Positions 51,385 through 62,751 of a stretch of DNA of 64,000 nt are shown one piece after another. The translations under genes were made by a program, and so were the position numbers. Origin of the DNA: Chiloscyllium plagiosum (Eukaryota); the NCBI RefSeq assembly GCF_004010195.1, contig NC_057734.1, positions 25,236,382 through 25,300,381 on the forward strand, given 5' to 3'. The notes under the pieces are model-generated. The model was given only the letters and a program-made list of their open reading frames with translations, made no database searches and was not told the origin of the DNA. Numbering within the stretch: the stretch's first letter is position 1; every line of letters starts with the position of its first letter.

Positions 51385-53610
51385 TACAGTCATAAATGGT
51401 GGTGGACAAATAAAAAACTCATTGGAGGAGGCAGCTCCCACAAATATCTCCATCCTCAATGATGGGGAAGTACATCACATCAATGCCAAAGGTAAGGGTA
51501 AAGCATTTGCAACAATCTTTAGTCAGTAGTTCTTTGTGGAAGACCTATCTCAGCTTACTCCAAAAGGTCATAAGCATTGCAGATCCCAATCTTAAGCTAA
51601 CTCAATGCATTCCATGTGAGAACTAGAAATGGTTGATGGCATTGAATGCTAAAAAGGATATGGACCCTGACAACATTTTGACTCTATACTGAGAATCTGT
51701 CTTCCAGACGTTGCCTGCCCTTGGTGACAAGAGTTCCACTACTGATTCTGGTATCTACCCACCAATGTGGAAAACTGCCAGATATGCCCCATACACAAAA
51801 AACTGGGAAATCTAAACTGGTGAATTTCTGCCTCATCTGCTTATTCAAAATCATAAATAAAATTGGGAAAAGGGTGATCAACAGCACTAATAAGCAGCAC
51901 TTGCTCAGTTGGCCTAGTTATATTATCGACTAGGAAAAAGTGAGGACAGCAGATGCTGGAGATCAGAGTCAAAAAGCCTGGCACTGGAAAAGCACAGCCG
52001 ATCAGGCAGCTTCTGAAGAGTGGAAGAGTTGACGTTTAGGAAACATTCCTTATGCCTGAAACATCAACTCTCCTGCTCCGCGGATGCTGCCTGACCTGCT
52101 ATGCTTTTCCAGCACTACATTTTTTGACTGGTTGTATTATTGCTAGACTATTACTTCCAAACCCTCAGTAATGTTCTGGGGACCCGGGTTCAAAACCCAC
52201 CATGGCAGATGGTGAATTTGAAATCAAAACAAAAAAAAAACCTGGATTAAAGAGTCTAGTGATGACTATGAAACTATTGTCCATAGTCAAGAAAAAAAAT
52301 CATCTGGTTCACTAATGCCCTTTAAGGAAAGAAACTGCCATGTGGTTGACTCTTAAGTGCCCTCTGGGCGATTAGGATGGGCAATGAATGCTGGCTTAGC
52401 CAATGATGCCCACATTCCATGAATTAAAAAAAAACCTGTTGTTCATTGCTGTTCAATTTGGATTCTGCCAATTTGGATTCACTTGGCTTCTGACATCATT
52501 ACAGCCTTGATTCAAACGTAGACAAAAAAGCTGAACTCCAGAGGGAGAGTGACTGCGCATTTGACCAAGTGTGGCATCATTGAGCCCTAGTACATATCGA
52601 ATCAATGGAAATCAGGAGAAAATTCTCAGTTGGTTGGAGTCACACCTAACAAAAACAAAGATGATTGTGGTTGCTGTACAACAGTCATCTCGTTTTTTGG
52701 ACAGCTCTGCAGGACGTCCTCCAAGTAGTCTCCTTTGCCAAAAACATCTTCGTCTGCTCCATCGTTAGTGGGAATATTCACTGATAGTCACGCATTGTTC
52801 AGCACTGTTCACAACTCCTCAGATACCAAAGCTGTCAATGCCTAAATGCAGCAAGACCTGATCAATACCCATGCTTCAGGTGACAAATGGAAAGCAACAT
52901 TTGCATTTCACGTACCAGGCAATGACCATCTCGAAGGAAGGGGAAACTAACTATCATCCCTTGACATTCAATGGCATTACCAGCACTGAATTCTCCTACT
53001 TTCAAAATCCTGAGGGTTATCATTGACCACAAACAGAACTGGACTAGCTGCATGAATACTATGACTACAAAAGCAGGGTTATAGGCTCGACATCCTGTGA
53101 TGAGTAGTTCACCACGTGACTGCCCAAAGCTTGTCCACCAACTATAAGATATGTGTGTGATGGAATTCTCCCCCAATCGTCTTGGCTGGTGCACTTTCAA
53201 CAACACTTGATATCATCGAAGAAGAAGCACTGTGCTCGATTGTCAACACTACTCCAAACATTCAGTCCCTCCACCACAGGAGTTCATAATAGTAGTGTGT
53301 ACCATTGACAAGATGTACCCCAGAAAGGCTACAATGTCAGACCTTCTAAACCCATGATCATTATCATCTTGAAGGACAATAGCAAGTATCGATTCCTGCA
53401 TACTTCTCTCCAATCGACTCACCAACCTGACTTGGAAATACATCGCAGTTCGATCATCGTCACTGGGTCAAAATCCCGGAATGGCTTCCCTAAAGAGATC
53501 GTAGAAGTTCAAGAAGGCAACTAACTACCAACTTTTCCATGACAACCAGGGATGGGAAATGATTGCTGGCCCAAACAGTGAAACCCACAGATTCTGAAAG
53601 AAATTTTGAT
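51385..53610 (+). mobile_element. Old LINE with nested SINE and nested Penelope hairpin
   Basis: RT remnants (WLESHLTKTKMIVV in ORF 52571..52768; ttcactgatagt). Homologous to 3190-6290. Tail caaccagggatgggaaatgattgctggccc. Confidence 0.7.
51933..52129. mobile_element. Palindromic Penelope-derived element inserted in the head of a SINE
   Basis: Inverted arms at 51933-52040 and 52049-52129. The SINE head ggcctagttatattatcgactag resumes as gttgtattattgctagactatta. Confidence 0.8.
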
Positions 53611-54629
53611 AAAATAACTTTTTTTTTAAAAAAGGGGTTTATCATCTCACCAATTTTTGCAACCTCTCTCTCCTTCGGATATTGACTTCACGATAGAATA
53701 TGGGTCCTCAAGACAATATGATTGAAGTCAGCAGCCTACTACCTTGGGGTAAACTTTGAACACAATCTTGCCAGCACCTTAATACAATTCATCAAACGAA
53801 GACAATAAAAATATCGATTTAATGATCATATTCTGCAGTCAAAGGTGAAGGTTAAGCAGTTATTTAAGAACATTTGTGATTTCAACACAAACATTAAAAC
53901 AAAGTTTCAACTTGTTTCCCTACCCTATTTGAAGTCCAGAAAAATTATACTCCCACTTCAACACTAATTAACACCCTTGAAGTTATGTCTCCCAAATTGT
54001 ACAGCGAGTTTTACAATATTCCTCTGATGGTATGAACCTTTCATAAGCGTGATGGTCTAAACTTTGTACAATCATAACAACTTTAAGATTTCTGTACCAA
54101 ACTCTGTTGGCTTGGAAACATCACAAACTTTAAACAAAAATCACTGCTTCTACAATGGCTGGTTTTCTCTAAATGAACTAAAATCTGAGAACAGAATTTA
54201 AAAACTTGATTTTGAACTAAACTTTTGATTCTTCTCAACTAAACTTCTAGCCTTTTTTGAACTGAATGGAAATAAAAAATAATGATTTAATGTGTTTATA
54301 CTGCCTGTCATCTTTTCTACCAATATACCAAGTTTTCTTGAATCTTTGATTACAGTCACATATCTTCTTGGAACTGAAGCATTTAGGTCACTGTTCCAGA
54401 ATGACCTTCTGACCTTTTTATTAAACCCCTCCAAAAACTAATCCACATTCATTTGCCTTTTTTAAAACAATATAAAAATTCAAAAAAGCAGCAATAATAT
54501 GTTTTATACATCTTTCAACACACTAACAAGATTAGCATAATACTGGTGATGAAATCAAGTTTAAGATTTTGTTTTTGTCAATTCACTCTTTCGTAAGAGA
54601 TATGATGGTAACACATAACTTATTTTTTT

Positions 54630-54904
54630 TAGATTAGATTACTTACAGTGTGGAAACAGGCCCTTCGGCCCAACAAGTCCACACCGCCCCGCCGAAGCGC
54701 AACCCACCCATACCCCTACATGTACCCCTTACCTAACATTACGGGCAATTTAGCATGGCCAATTCACCTGACCTGCACATCTTTGGACTGAGAGAGGAAA
54801 CCGGAGCACCCGGAGGAAACCCACGCAGACACGGGGAGAACGTGCAAACTCCACACAGACAGTCGCCTGAGGCGGGAATTGAACCCGGGTCTCTGGCGCT
54901 GTGA
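54630..54904 (-). mobile_element. HE1-type SINE, young, 5'-truncated
   Basis: Nearly identical to the reverse complement of 12440-12725; CpGs retained. Confidence 0.93.
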
Positions 54905-55801
54905 TGATCTCCCATGTCCAAGACTTTCTTCCCTTGGTTTTAATGTTGAGCAAGAATTCTGGATTAGTCAAACAGACTATAACTATGAATTCTGAGCTAG
55001 ACCAATCAAAGTTAAGAATTTGAGATTTTTGACAGGCACAAGGAATGGAAATGCACATTGTACTGTTTTATGGTACCTCCAACAAGCTTTCAGATGCTGT
55101 TATTTTATTACAGTAATTACTACTATTTCTAGAGCCATAACTCAGTTTTCTGAATTACTGCAGCATGCAACAATTTCTGCACATCAATTCTCACAAACAA
55201 AAAATGACTAGTTTTTATAAATTATGATTGTTATGATCTACTTCTAACCAGAATGGACTCAATTATAAGGGAAGGCATTATATGCACATATTCAAAGCAA
55301 AATTTATTATGGAATTATCTACCTGAATTTGACGAAAGGGAAAAACGGTAAAATTTTTCTTTCATTTACATTTCTTGATGTACTGGGTGAAACTTACAAG
55401 AATGGGAGTCTTAAAAAAACTTTGCAGTTTTCCAAGCATTTGCAAGATCATTTACAAGTACTGTCAACCTTTGAAAAAAAATGCAATTTTCAGGATGCAC
55501 AACATAATCAAATTTACAAAGAAATGTTTAATTCATGTATAAAAGATGAAGATTGTAACTTGTGCTTTTAACGGCTTTATGCTAGGAATGAAAATTTACA
55601 TAGGTTCAGACCTCAAATTTGATTTCAAAATGTCGGAATGATCCAGCCTTTTTCACTTTGAGTATGAAAATCCTTATGAATAAACTAAAAGCAAGTTCTG
55701 AGATCCTTAGCTACTGTACATTAGTTTCATAGATTCCAGAGCTCATAGATAATAAGTACCATTATTTAGACTTTTAAATAATGACGCCTCGCTATCTTGA
55801 G

Positions 55802-56564
55802 GAGAAAGTGAGGACTGCAGATGCTGGAGATCAGAGCTGCAAATGTGTTGCTGGAAAAGTGCAGCAGGTCAGGCAGCATCCAAGGAACAGGAGAATCGAC
55901 GTTTCGGGCATAAACCCTTCTTCAGGAATGAGGAAAGTGTGTCCAGCAGGCTAAGATAAAAGGTAGGGAGGAGGGACTTGGGGGAGGGGCGTTGGAAACG
56001 TGATAGGTGGAAGCAAGTCAAGGTGAGGGTGATAGGCCAGAGTGGGGTGGGGGCAGAGAGGTCAGGAAGAAGATNNNNNNNNNNNNNNNNNNNNNNNNNN
56101 NNNNNNNNNNNNNNNNNNNNNNNNNNNNNNNNNNNNNNNNNNNNNNNNNNNNNNNNNNNNNNNNNNNNNNNNNNNNNNNNNNNNNNNNNNNNNNNNNNNN
56201 NNNNNNNNNNNNNNNNNNNNNNNNNNNNNNNNNNNNNNNNNNNNNNNNNNNNNNNNNNNNNNNNNNNNNNNNNNNNNNNNNNNNNNNNNNNNNNNNNNNN
56301 NNNNNNNNNNNNNNNNNNNNNNNNNNNNNNNNNNNNNNNNNNNNNNNNNNNNNNNNNNNNNNNNNNNNNNNNNNNNNNGAGGGAGTCACGGAGGGAGTGG
56401 TCTTTTCGGAATGCTGATAGGGGAGGGGAGGGAAATATATCCCTGGTGGTGGGGTCCGTTTGGAGGTGGCGGAAATGATGGCGGATGATACGTTGTACAT
56501 GGAGGTTGGTGGGGTGGTAGGTGAGAACCAGTGGGGTTCTGTCCAACCAGTGGCAGTTGGAGGG
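55802..56564 (-). mobile_element. Young Penelope-like element 3' part (gap inside)
   Basis: ORF 55869..56546 gives DRTPLVLTYHPTNLHVQRIIRHHFRHLQTDPTTRDIFPSPPLSAFRKDHSLRDSL. Intact minus-strand hammerhead at 55895-55928. TSD gctatcttgag (55791-55801, 56565-56575). Confidence 0.9.
56075..56378. other. Assembly gap (N run)
   Basis: Run of N. Confidence 1.
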
Positions 56565-58056
56565 GCTATCTTGAGACCACTTTATCCATCAAGAGGAATA
56601 GAATCAAACAAACATAGATCACCTATCTCACAAGCATATATAAAAACGGAAAAGTGGTTTCACCCTGAGGAAATGCCTAACAATCCTTCTTGCAGAGATG
56701 TATGCAGAGACCTGTAAGCCAGACAGGCAGATAGATAACACATGAATGGTTTCCCACAGTGGTTTATGTTTCTCTCTTAAAAGTGTCATTTGGACATACT
56801 GTTTTCTACGCATCTCAGTCTCCTTCTATCCTTTCTCCCTATTTCTGTCCTTTTCTGTTTCACACTCCTGTTGAGTGGCGGGTGGCATAGAAGAAAATCA
56901 ACAAGGTCTAAAGGCTGAGAATCAGTCAAGTTTTTTTTGAACTGCAAAGCAGGCGGGGTGTATGTGTGTTTATTTATGTGAACATGAGACAGACACGAAG
57001 CTAATGGCATTAGAAAATAAAGGAAGAAACATGTGAAAAAATCCACAATTGCTTTGTAATTAACAAATAAATATACCATCCTTAATTTCTTACACCAATT
57101 AATCAATCTGTAATCACAAGAGTAGAGCCTTCTGCAAAATGGAACAAGCACAGTACTCTTAAAAGTAAAAAGTCTACTTAAATTATGAAAAGATGGTCAC
57201 TTCAGGTCTGTATTTCAGTTTAACTCCTACCGTGACTAAATGGCCATCATTTAACAGTCACTCTACATGCAGTTTGAAATATTCATTATTCTTTTGTTTG
57301 ATATTGTACTATCTTCCCCTCAACAAAATAATTTCCCAGCTGAAGGGTCAACCTAGACTGCTCCCAGGCAGCAAGAAACACATCCAGTAATAACCAGATT
57401 AAACCCAAGAATGATTCAGATATGCTTTTCCATTCATTTTTTCTGCTTCACTTTATGAACGTACTCTGTATCACTTCTCCCAACAAGCTGAAGAAGACCA
57501 TCTGGAAAGATTATGGTCCTAAGACATCTTTTTAAAAAAATTCAATGGCACATTACATCCACGTGGCAAGTACAGCTCAGAATTCAAGATCAACGTACAT
57601 TGAGAAAAAGTCAAACACGTGATCAAACACTGCATGATTTTGTCCTGTCAAATGAAGAAATTCCTAATTTTGCTAATGAACTTGTTAGATACATTATCTT
57701 CCATACATTGCGCATTTATACAAACATCAAATTTCAAAACAACTAAGAAGCTTTTAGAAAATAATTCAATTAACATTTTAAAAAAAGGGTAGAAGAGTAC
57801 TTGATTTGCCACTATTCAAGTAAACATTTGGATGGGAAGATCTGCCTTACACAGATAACTTTGATTTTTGTTCTTGGATTACCAAATAAACAATTACTTG
57901 TTTGCTTTTTAAAGAAATTCCAACATTTCAGCACAAGAAAGAAAATGATACTACACCGATGCTCATCAACTACTGACAGTCAAAATGCTGAGTTGCTTTT
58001 ATTTTCATTGCATTAAGAGGGATTGTAGCTAGTTTTATTTCAGAAAGAGTTCAGTA

Positions 58057-58270
58057 CAGTTAATTCTTCTAAAACACGATGGTTGCGTTCTTGTGCAACC
58101 CCATGTTATAGAAAAATCTCACTTTAGAACAGCACATGAAATGTTGGTATCATAATCGCGTTATATCCAACACACATTTTAAAAGCTTGCACTGTAAAAA
58201 CAGTGTACCTAATTTGTCATGTTACAGCGAATTTGCATTGTTGAAACACACATTATAACAGAACAACCTG
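58057..58270. mobile_element. Tc1/mariner (Tigger-like) MITE
   Basis: TA|CAGTTAATTCTTCTAAAAC ... ATTATAACAGAACAACCTG|TA: imperfect TIRs, TA TSD and internal palindromic subrepeats. Confidence 0.65.
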
Positions 58271-58635
58271 TAAGAGGTAAAGCAGTATCCACCAAAAAAC
58301 CCAGTGTCAAATAATGAGAATACCATAAATAACAACAAAGTGCTGGAAATACTCAGTAGATGATCATCTGTGAAGACAAAGACAGAGATAACATTTCACG
58401 ACAAACAAGAATTCATCGAACTGCAGGCAGCCTTTTTGACAGTGGAGCAGCCTGATCTCAGCTGATGTCCCAGACATAATGTTACTATGCATGGTGCATG
58501 TGCATTTACTGCTCTTCCCTAGTTGCCCTCAACTAGTTATCATCAATTAGGGGTGAAAAACCTTTCAAATTTGAAATTATGGAAATTTTTAGAATGCTTA
58601 TCAATGGCCTGCTGGAGATAAACAAACAAGCCACA

Positions 58636-58955
58636 TACAGCACCAGGGATCCGGATTCAATTCCGGCCTCGGTGTGGATTTTGCACGTTCTCCCTGTGTC
58701 TGCTTGGATTTCCTCTGGGTGTTCAGGTTTCTTCTCACAATCCAAAGATGTGCAGTTTAGATAAATTGGCCATGCTAAATTGCCCATAGTGTTCAGGGAT
58801 GTGTAGGTTAGGTGCATTAGTCGGGGTAAATGTAAGTTAATATGGTGGGGGAATGAGTCTGGGTGAGCTCCCCTTCGCAGTGCCGGTGTGGACTTGGGAC
58901 GAAGGGCCTGTTTCCACATTATAGGAATTTTATGATTCTATGCTTCTATGATTCT
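58636..58955 (+). mobile_element. HE1-type SINE, 5'-truncated
   Basis: acagcaccagggatccggattcaattcc head remnant, HE1 core, ttctatg repeats. Confidence 0.88.
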
Positions 58956-58989
58956 AGACCCACAATGCTGCTAGATAGGGATCCCAGCA

Positions 58990-59745
58990 GTTTCATCCAA
59001 TTACACTGCAGTAACAGTGATATGTTTCAAAGTCAGGATGTTAAACACCTTGGAGGGGAATTTGCAGGTCGTGCTGTTCCCATGTATCTGCTGCTGTATC
59101 CTTCCAGATAGAAATGACCTTGAGTTTGGAAGTAGCTGTCCATCTAAAGAACCTTTGGTGAATTTCTGCAGTATTTTGAACTTCTTGTAGATGGCACTGC
59201 TGCTACTAAACATCAGTGGTGGAAGGAATGAATGTTTGTGGGCGTGATGCCAGTCAAGCTTTGTCCTGCATGGTATCAAGCTTCTGGAATATTATTGGAG
59301 CTTCTCTCATCCAGGCAATTAGAAAGTATCTCACCACACTCTTGACTTCCACCTTGGTGATGGTGGATAGGCTTTGGGGGAGCTATCAGGTAAATTATAT
59401 GCTGGACAATTCTTAGACTCTGATCTGTCTTTCTTGCCACAATATTTGCACACTAGTCCAGTTCAATTTAAGGTGAATAGTAACTGCAGGATGTTAGTAC
59501 TGGTGGAGTCAGTGATGAAAATGCCATTGTTAAGGAGCAGTGGTTAGATTCTCTCTCGCTAAAAATGGTCATGGCCTGAAACTTGAGTAGCATGAATGTT
59601 ACTTGTCAGTTGTCAGCCCAAGCTATGCTGCATTTGGACTTGGACTGCTTTAGTATTTGAGGATTTGTGAATGGTGTTCAACATTGCACATTCATCGGTA
59701 TGTGTTCCCACTTCTGACCTTAAGATGGATGGAAGGTCAATGACC
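58990..59745 (-). mobile_element. Old LINE 3' fragment (same family as 51385-53610)
   Basis: Reverse complement is similar to 52760-53470. Confidence 0.6.
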
Positions 59746-60188
59746 AATGCCTAACCCAGTCTAGCACTATGACACACACACCAGACTTATTATTGGTTAA
59801 AACCTTTGGCAGATGCTGCTAGATGATCTTTTTTCAGTTTTCAGTTGGGGTATTAGAATTATCACATCATTGGATAAAGAAAAAGCGAGCTGAAATTCCC
59901 ATTCTTTTTTGATATCCAATGACCTGTAATGGAAAGTGCATATCTGGCGAGACCAGGGTCAAAGTGAGCTGAAAAAGATACATTTCTATCTCTACTTCAT
60001 CACCCAAAATTCACAAAATGTATATGTGAAGGTGAATGCTTTAAACAATGTACCCAAATGCTGTTGGTATCATTAAATTGCATTTCAGGTAAGATAACAT
60101 CTTCAGATAAGCAGAGGACATCACTAGATGGAAAAAATTGCTTGAAATCTGCACTGATTAAAGGTGAACTAATATGTAGGTGGCTTAC

Positions 60189-60304
60189 CCGAGTTCGATC
60201 CTCAATTCCATAGATATGAAGTTGCATAGGAATATTAAAGCTGTGCAGGAAATTTCCACCAAAAACCAACGTATCTACTGGAGTGTATACGGCATGAATC
60301 CATC
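60189..60304 (-). CDS. KDM2B: KDM2B coding exon (JmjC, contains the WIH Fe(II)-ligand histidine), 116 nt
   Basis: atttag|GA TGG ATT CAT GCC...ACT CGG|gtaagc = (G)[38 protein letters not shown]. Phase 1 to 0, in frame with both neighbours. Confidence 0.97.
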
Positions 60305-60417
60305 CTAAATGCAGAGTGATATCACTTGTGAGTTTGTTGTAGCTTTAAGATTTTCTGATAGATAATTTATAAAAGTTTTACTGAAACTCTTAAGCAAGTA
60401 CTCTATCTAACACTTAC

Positions 60418-60429
60418 CATTTAAAGGAT
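60418..60429 (-). other. Candidate 12-nt frame-preserving microexon (adds DPLN) in the KDM2B JmjC domain; alternative acceptor gives a 60-nt exon 60418-60477
   Basis: Minus strand: TACTAAT branch-like motif, then gtttccaagtctttattcttcaccag|ATCCTTTAAATG|gtaagtg. Consensus donor and strong pyrimidine tract, phase 1-1 matching the host intron, no stop codon. Confidence 0.4.
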
Positions 60430-62597
60430 CTGGTGAAGAATAAAGACTTGGAAACGTATTAAAAGGGCCATTAGTAACTGTACCCAAAAGGAAATGGGCT
60501 AAGGTACAGTGGGAAAGAGTCACTAAAATTGTATTTGTCGCTAGATCATTGTATCTGAGAATTCCATAAATTTAAATACATAAGAAGACTCCATGTTGAC
60601 AGGACAAATTACAATCAGACACAGCCTACAGGCCAATTCCATAGTGATCTCTTCTGATCTCGTCCATACGGCTCACTGGTTCAGTGCGCAACATTAATTT
60701 ATACAGCTCTTTAACCAAACATGGTGCAGTGTCTTTCAACAAGTTCAGAATTTCCATTTAAAAAAAATGTTTATAGGCTTCTGGAGAGGAAAGAAAAGGA
60801 GAGGAACGGAAGGCAAGGTAGTGCAGGATTTGGGATGGAGAGTTTTTTTTGATAAATTATAGAAGTCTTACTTTTCTGTATACAGGGTCTCTTTATTTTG
60901 CATAGAAATTTTGCTGTTCTTTTGAGGATTTCCACTTTTTTTTTTTGAGAATCTCACATTTGGAGGTCTTGCTTGTACGTGTGAAAATCTTACAATTTTG
61001 TACAATGAGTCTCAAAGAAAAATGAAGCTTCCTGATAGTGCCTGCTATGTACATCTCATTTTGCTGCTAAATGAGCACACACCTTTATTCTAATTCACTG
61101 TGTAACCAAGGTCCCAAAGCTGCTCTCTGAGCATTATAGATTATCTACATTGATTACAGACAATTATAAATTTCACTTTGTACCTGAAGTTACATTTTTC
61201 AGCAAAAAACAATTATCGATCAGATACAGTCTGCACCATAAAATAGTCAATGGCCATACAGATGGCACGATGGGAAGCTGAAGGGCATTTATTTTGTTAT
61301 CATACAACATTGGTGAATATGAGGTAAGTAATGAAGACAACACATAGCCAGAGGTGGCCACCTCCACACTTCAGCATTGCACAATGGGAGTTCAATGGCA
61401 TGTACTGCACAGTAACAGGCAGGTTGTGAAGGCTTGGAGTCCATAGAAGCTACATCTGAATCGGAGCAGTACATATTTGTATAAAGACATGATATATTAC
61501 CTCGGTCCTTACAGCAATACCTCAATAAAGACATTTCAATAAGGAAAAGAAAAATTGAAGTAAAGAGCAAAGTATATTCTCAGCAAAATGCACTTCGAAA
61601 TTATAGATATCAGTAGTTAATATCTCTTCTCAGTAATATACAAATGTTTTTAGAATCTGTTGTGGCTCATTAATCAACAAGGTAACACAATGTTCTAATG
61701 GCAGTATCCAAATCATGCAAATTATTACTGCACATGCACACTAACATAAGACAGGAGATTAGAGGAGTAATTGTTTTTGCAAAGTTTTCAACCACTTTAC
61801 TGAATATGACAGGAAGTGCTCTTGTCTTAAACTGTGAACCAAGATGAATTGTGAAGACACACTGCTATCAAGTTTATACAGAAAAGAGGTGGTGTGGAGG
61901 GGAAGAGAAGGAAACAGCTTGCAGTCATGTCACATGAAATGCATATACCTATGCATGACCATTTGGAATTGCTCATTTCAAGTCATTGACAGAGAAAATC
62001 GCTATTACGCGGATGTTAAAGGAAGTAGCTTTCCACAGATGCACAAATGGAATAGGACAGATGAGATTTCATCTCAAAACTAAATTTTCAAACATTAAAC
62101 TACAGGAAAATAAGTAGCTGACCCTCTTCCTAAAAGAATTCAAGTCAAACTGAACGATAAATGCACTTTATCTTCTCTGACACTTGATATTTAGCATGCT
62201 GTCCTAAGACATTGAATAGGAACATCAAGAATATCTAGAAATACAACAAAGATAATGCTGAGTAATACTAATGTACCAATATTTTTGGAATCTGTCATTG
62301 CTCATTAATCAACAAGGCACCTCAACGCACTAATGGCAGTATCCAAATCAAGCAGGACACTATTTTAGATAATGCTACCAGCTATTCAGATACAAATGAC
62401 TGACAGTAAAGAATGATTCAGTGAAAGTAATGTATTTACAGCACTTCCTCCACCATATAACTGCAGCACGAGTTAAAAGGGCAGCACACAAAGGAATGTC
62501 TCTTTTTCAATTCACTAAAGTTGCATCCACCTACAATCCCATCCTCCTCCAATCCAATAATGCAAAATAACAAATAACAATCGCTGTCTTCTGTTAC

Positions 62598-62751
62598 CTG
62601 AAGGGATCAAAAATGTATATCCTTGTTTTAACTCAATCCGTTGGCATCCGTCCACTCTGTCCCCAAGGAAAATATCACCTTGTTTTCCCGACAGAACCCA
62701 CTCTTCATAAATCTCCAGATTGTGCGAAGTCGGGGGAACTAACCAGAATAC
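62598..62751 (-). CDS. KDM2B: KDM2B coding exon (JmjC domain; equivalent to human exon ~8), 154 nt
   Basis: Reverse complement reads ...ctcgttcag|GTA TTC TGG...CCT TCA G|gtaacag = [51 protein letters not shown](G). This closely matches the recalled KDM2B JmjC sequence. Canonical AG/GT, phase 0 to phase 1. Confidence 0.96.

Noticed and set aside
61632-62355. H/ACA or C/D snoRNA pair
   Set aside because: An ACA triplet is present on the minus strand, but I could not fold convincing hairpins or find paired C/D boxes. Kept only as an unexplained duplication.
21599-62751. Assignment to the paralogue KDM2A
   Set aside because: [47 protein letters not shown] and the short-form first exon fit recalled KDM2B better. 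A phylogeny would be the formal test.
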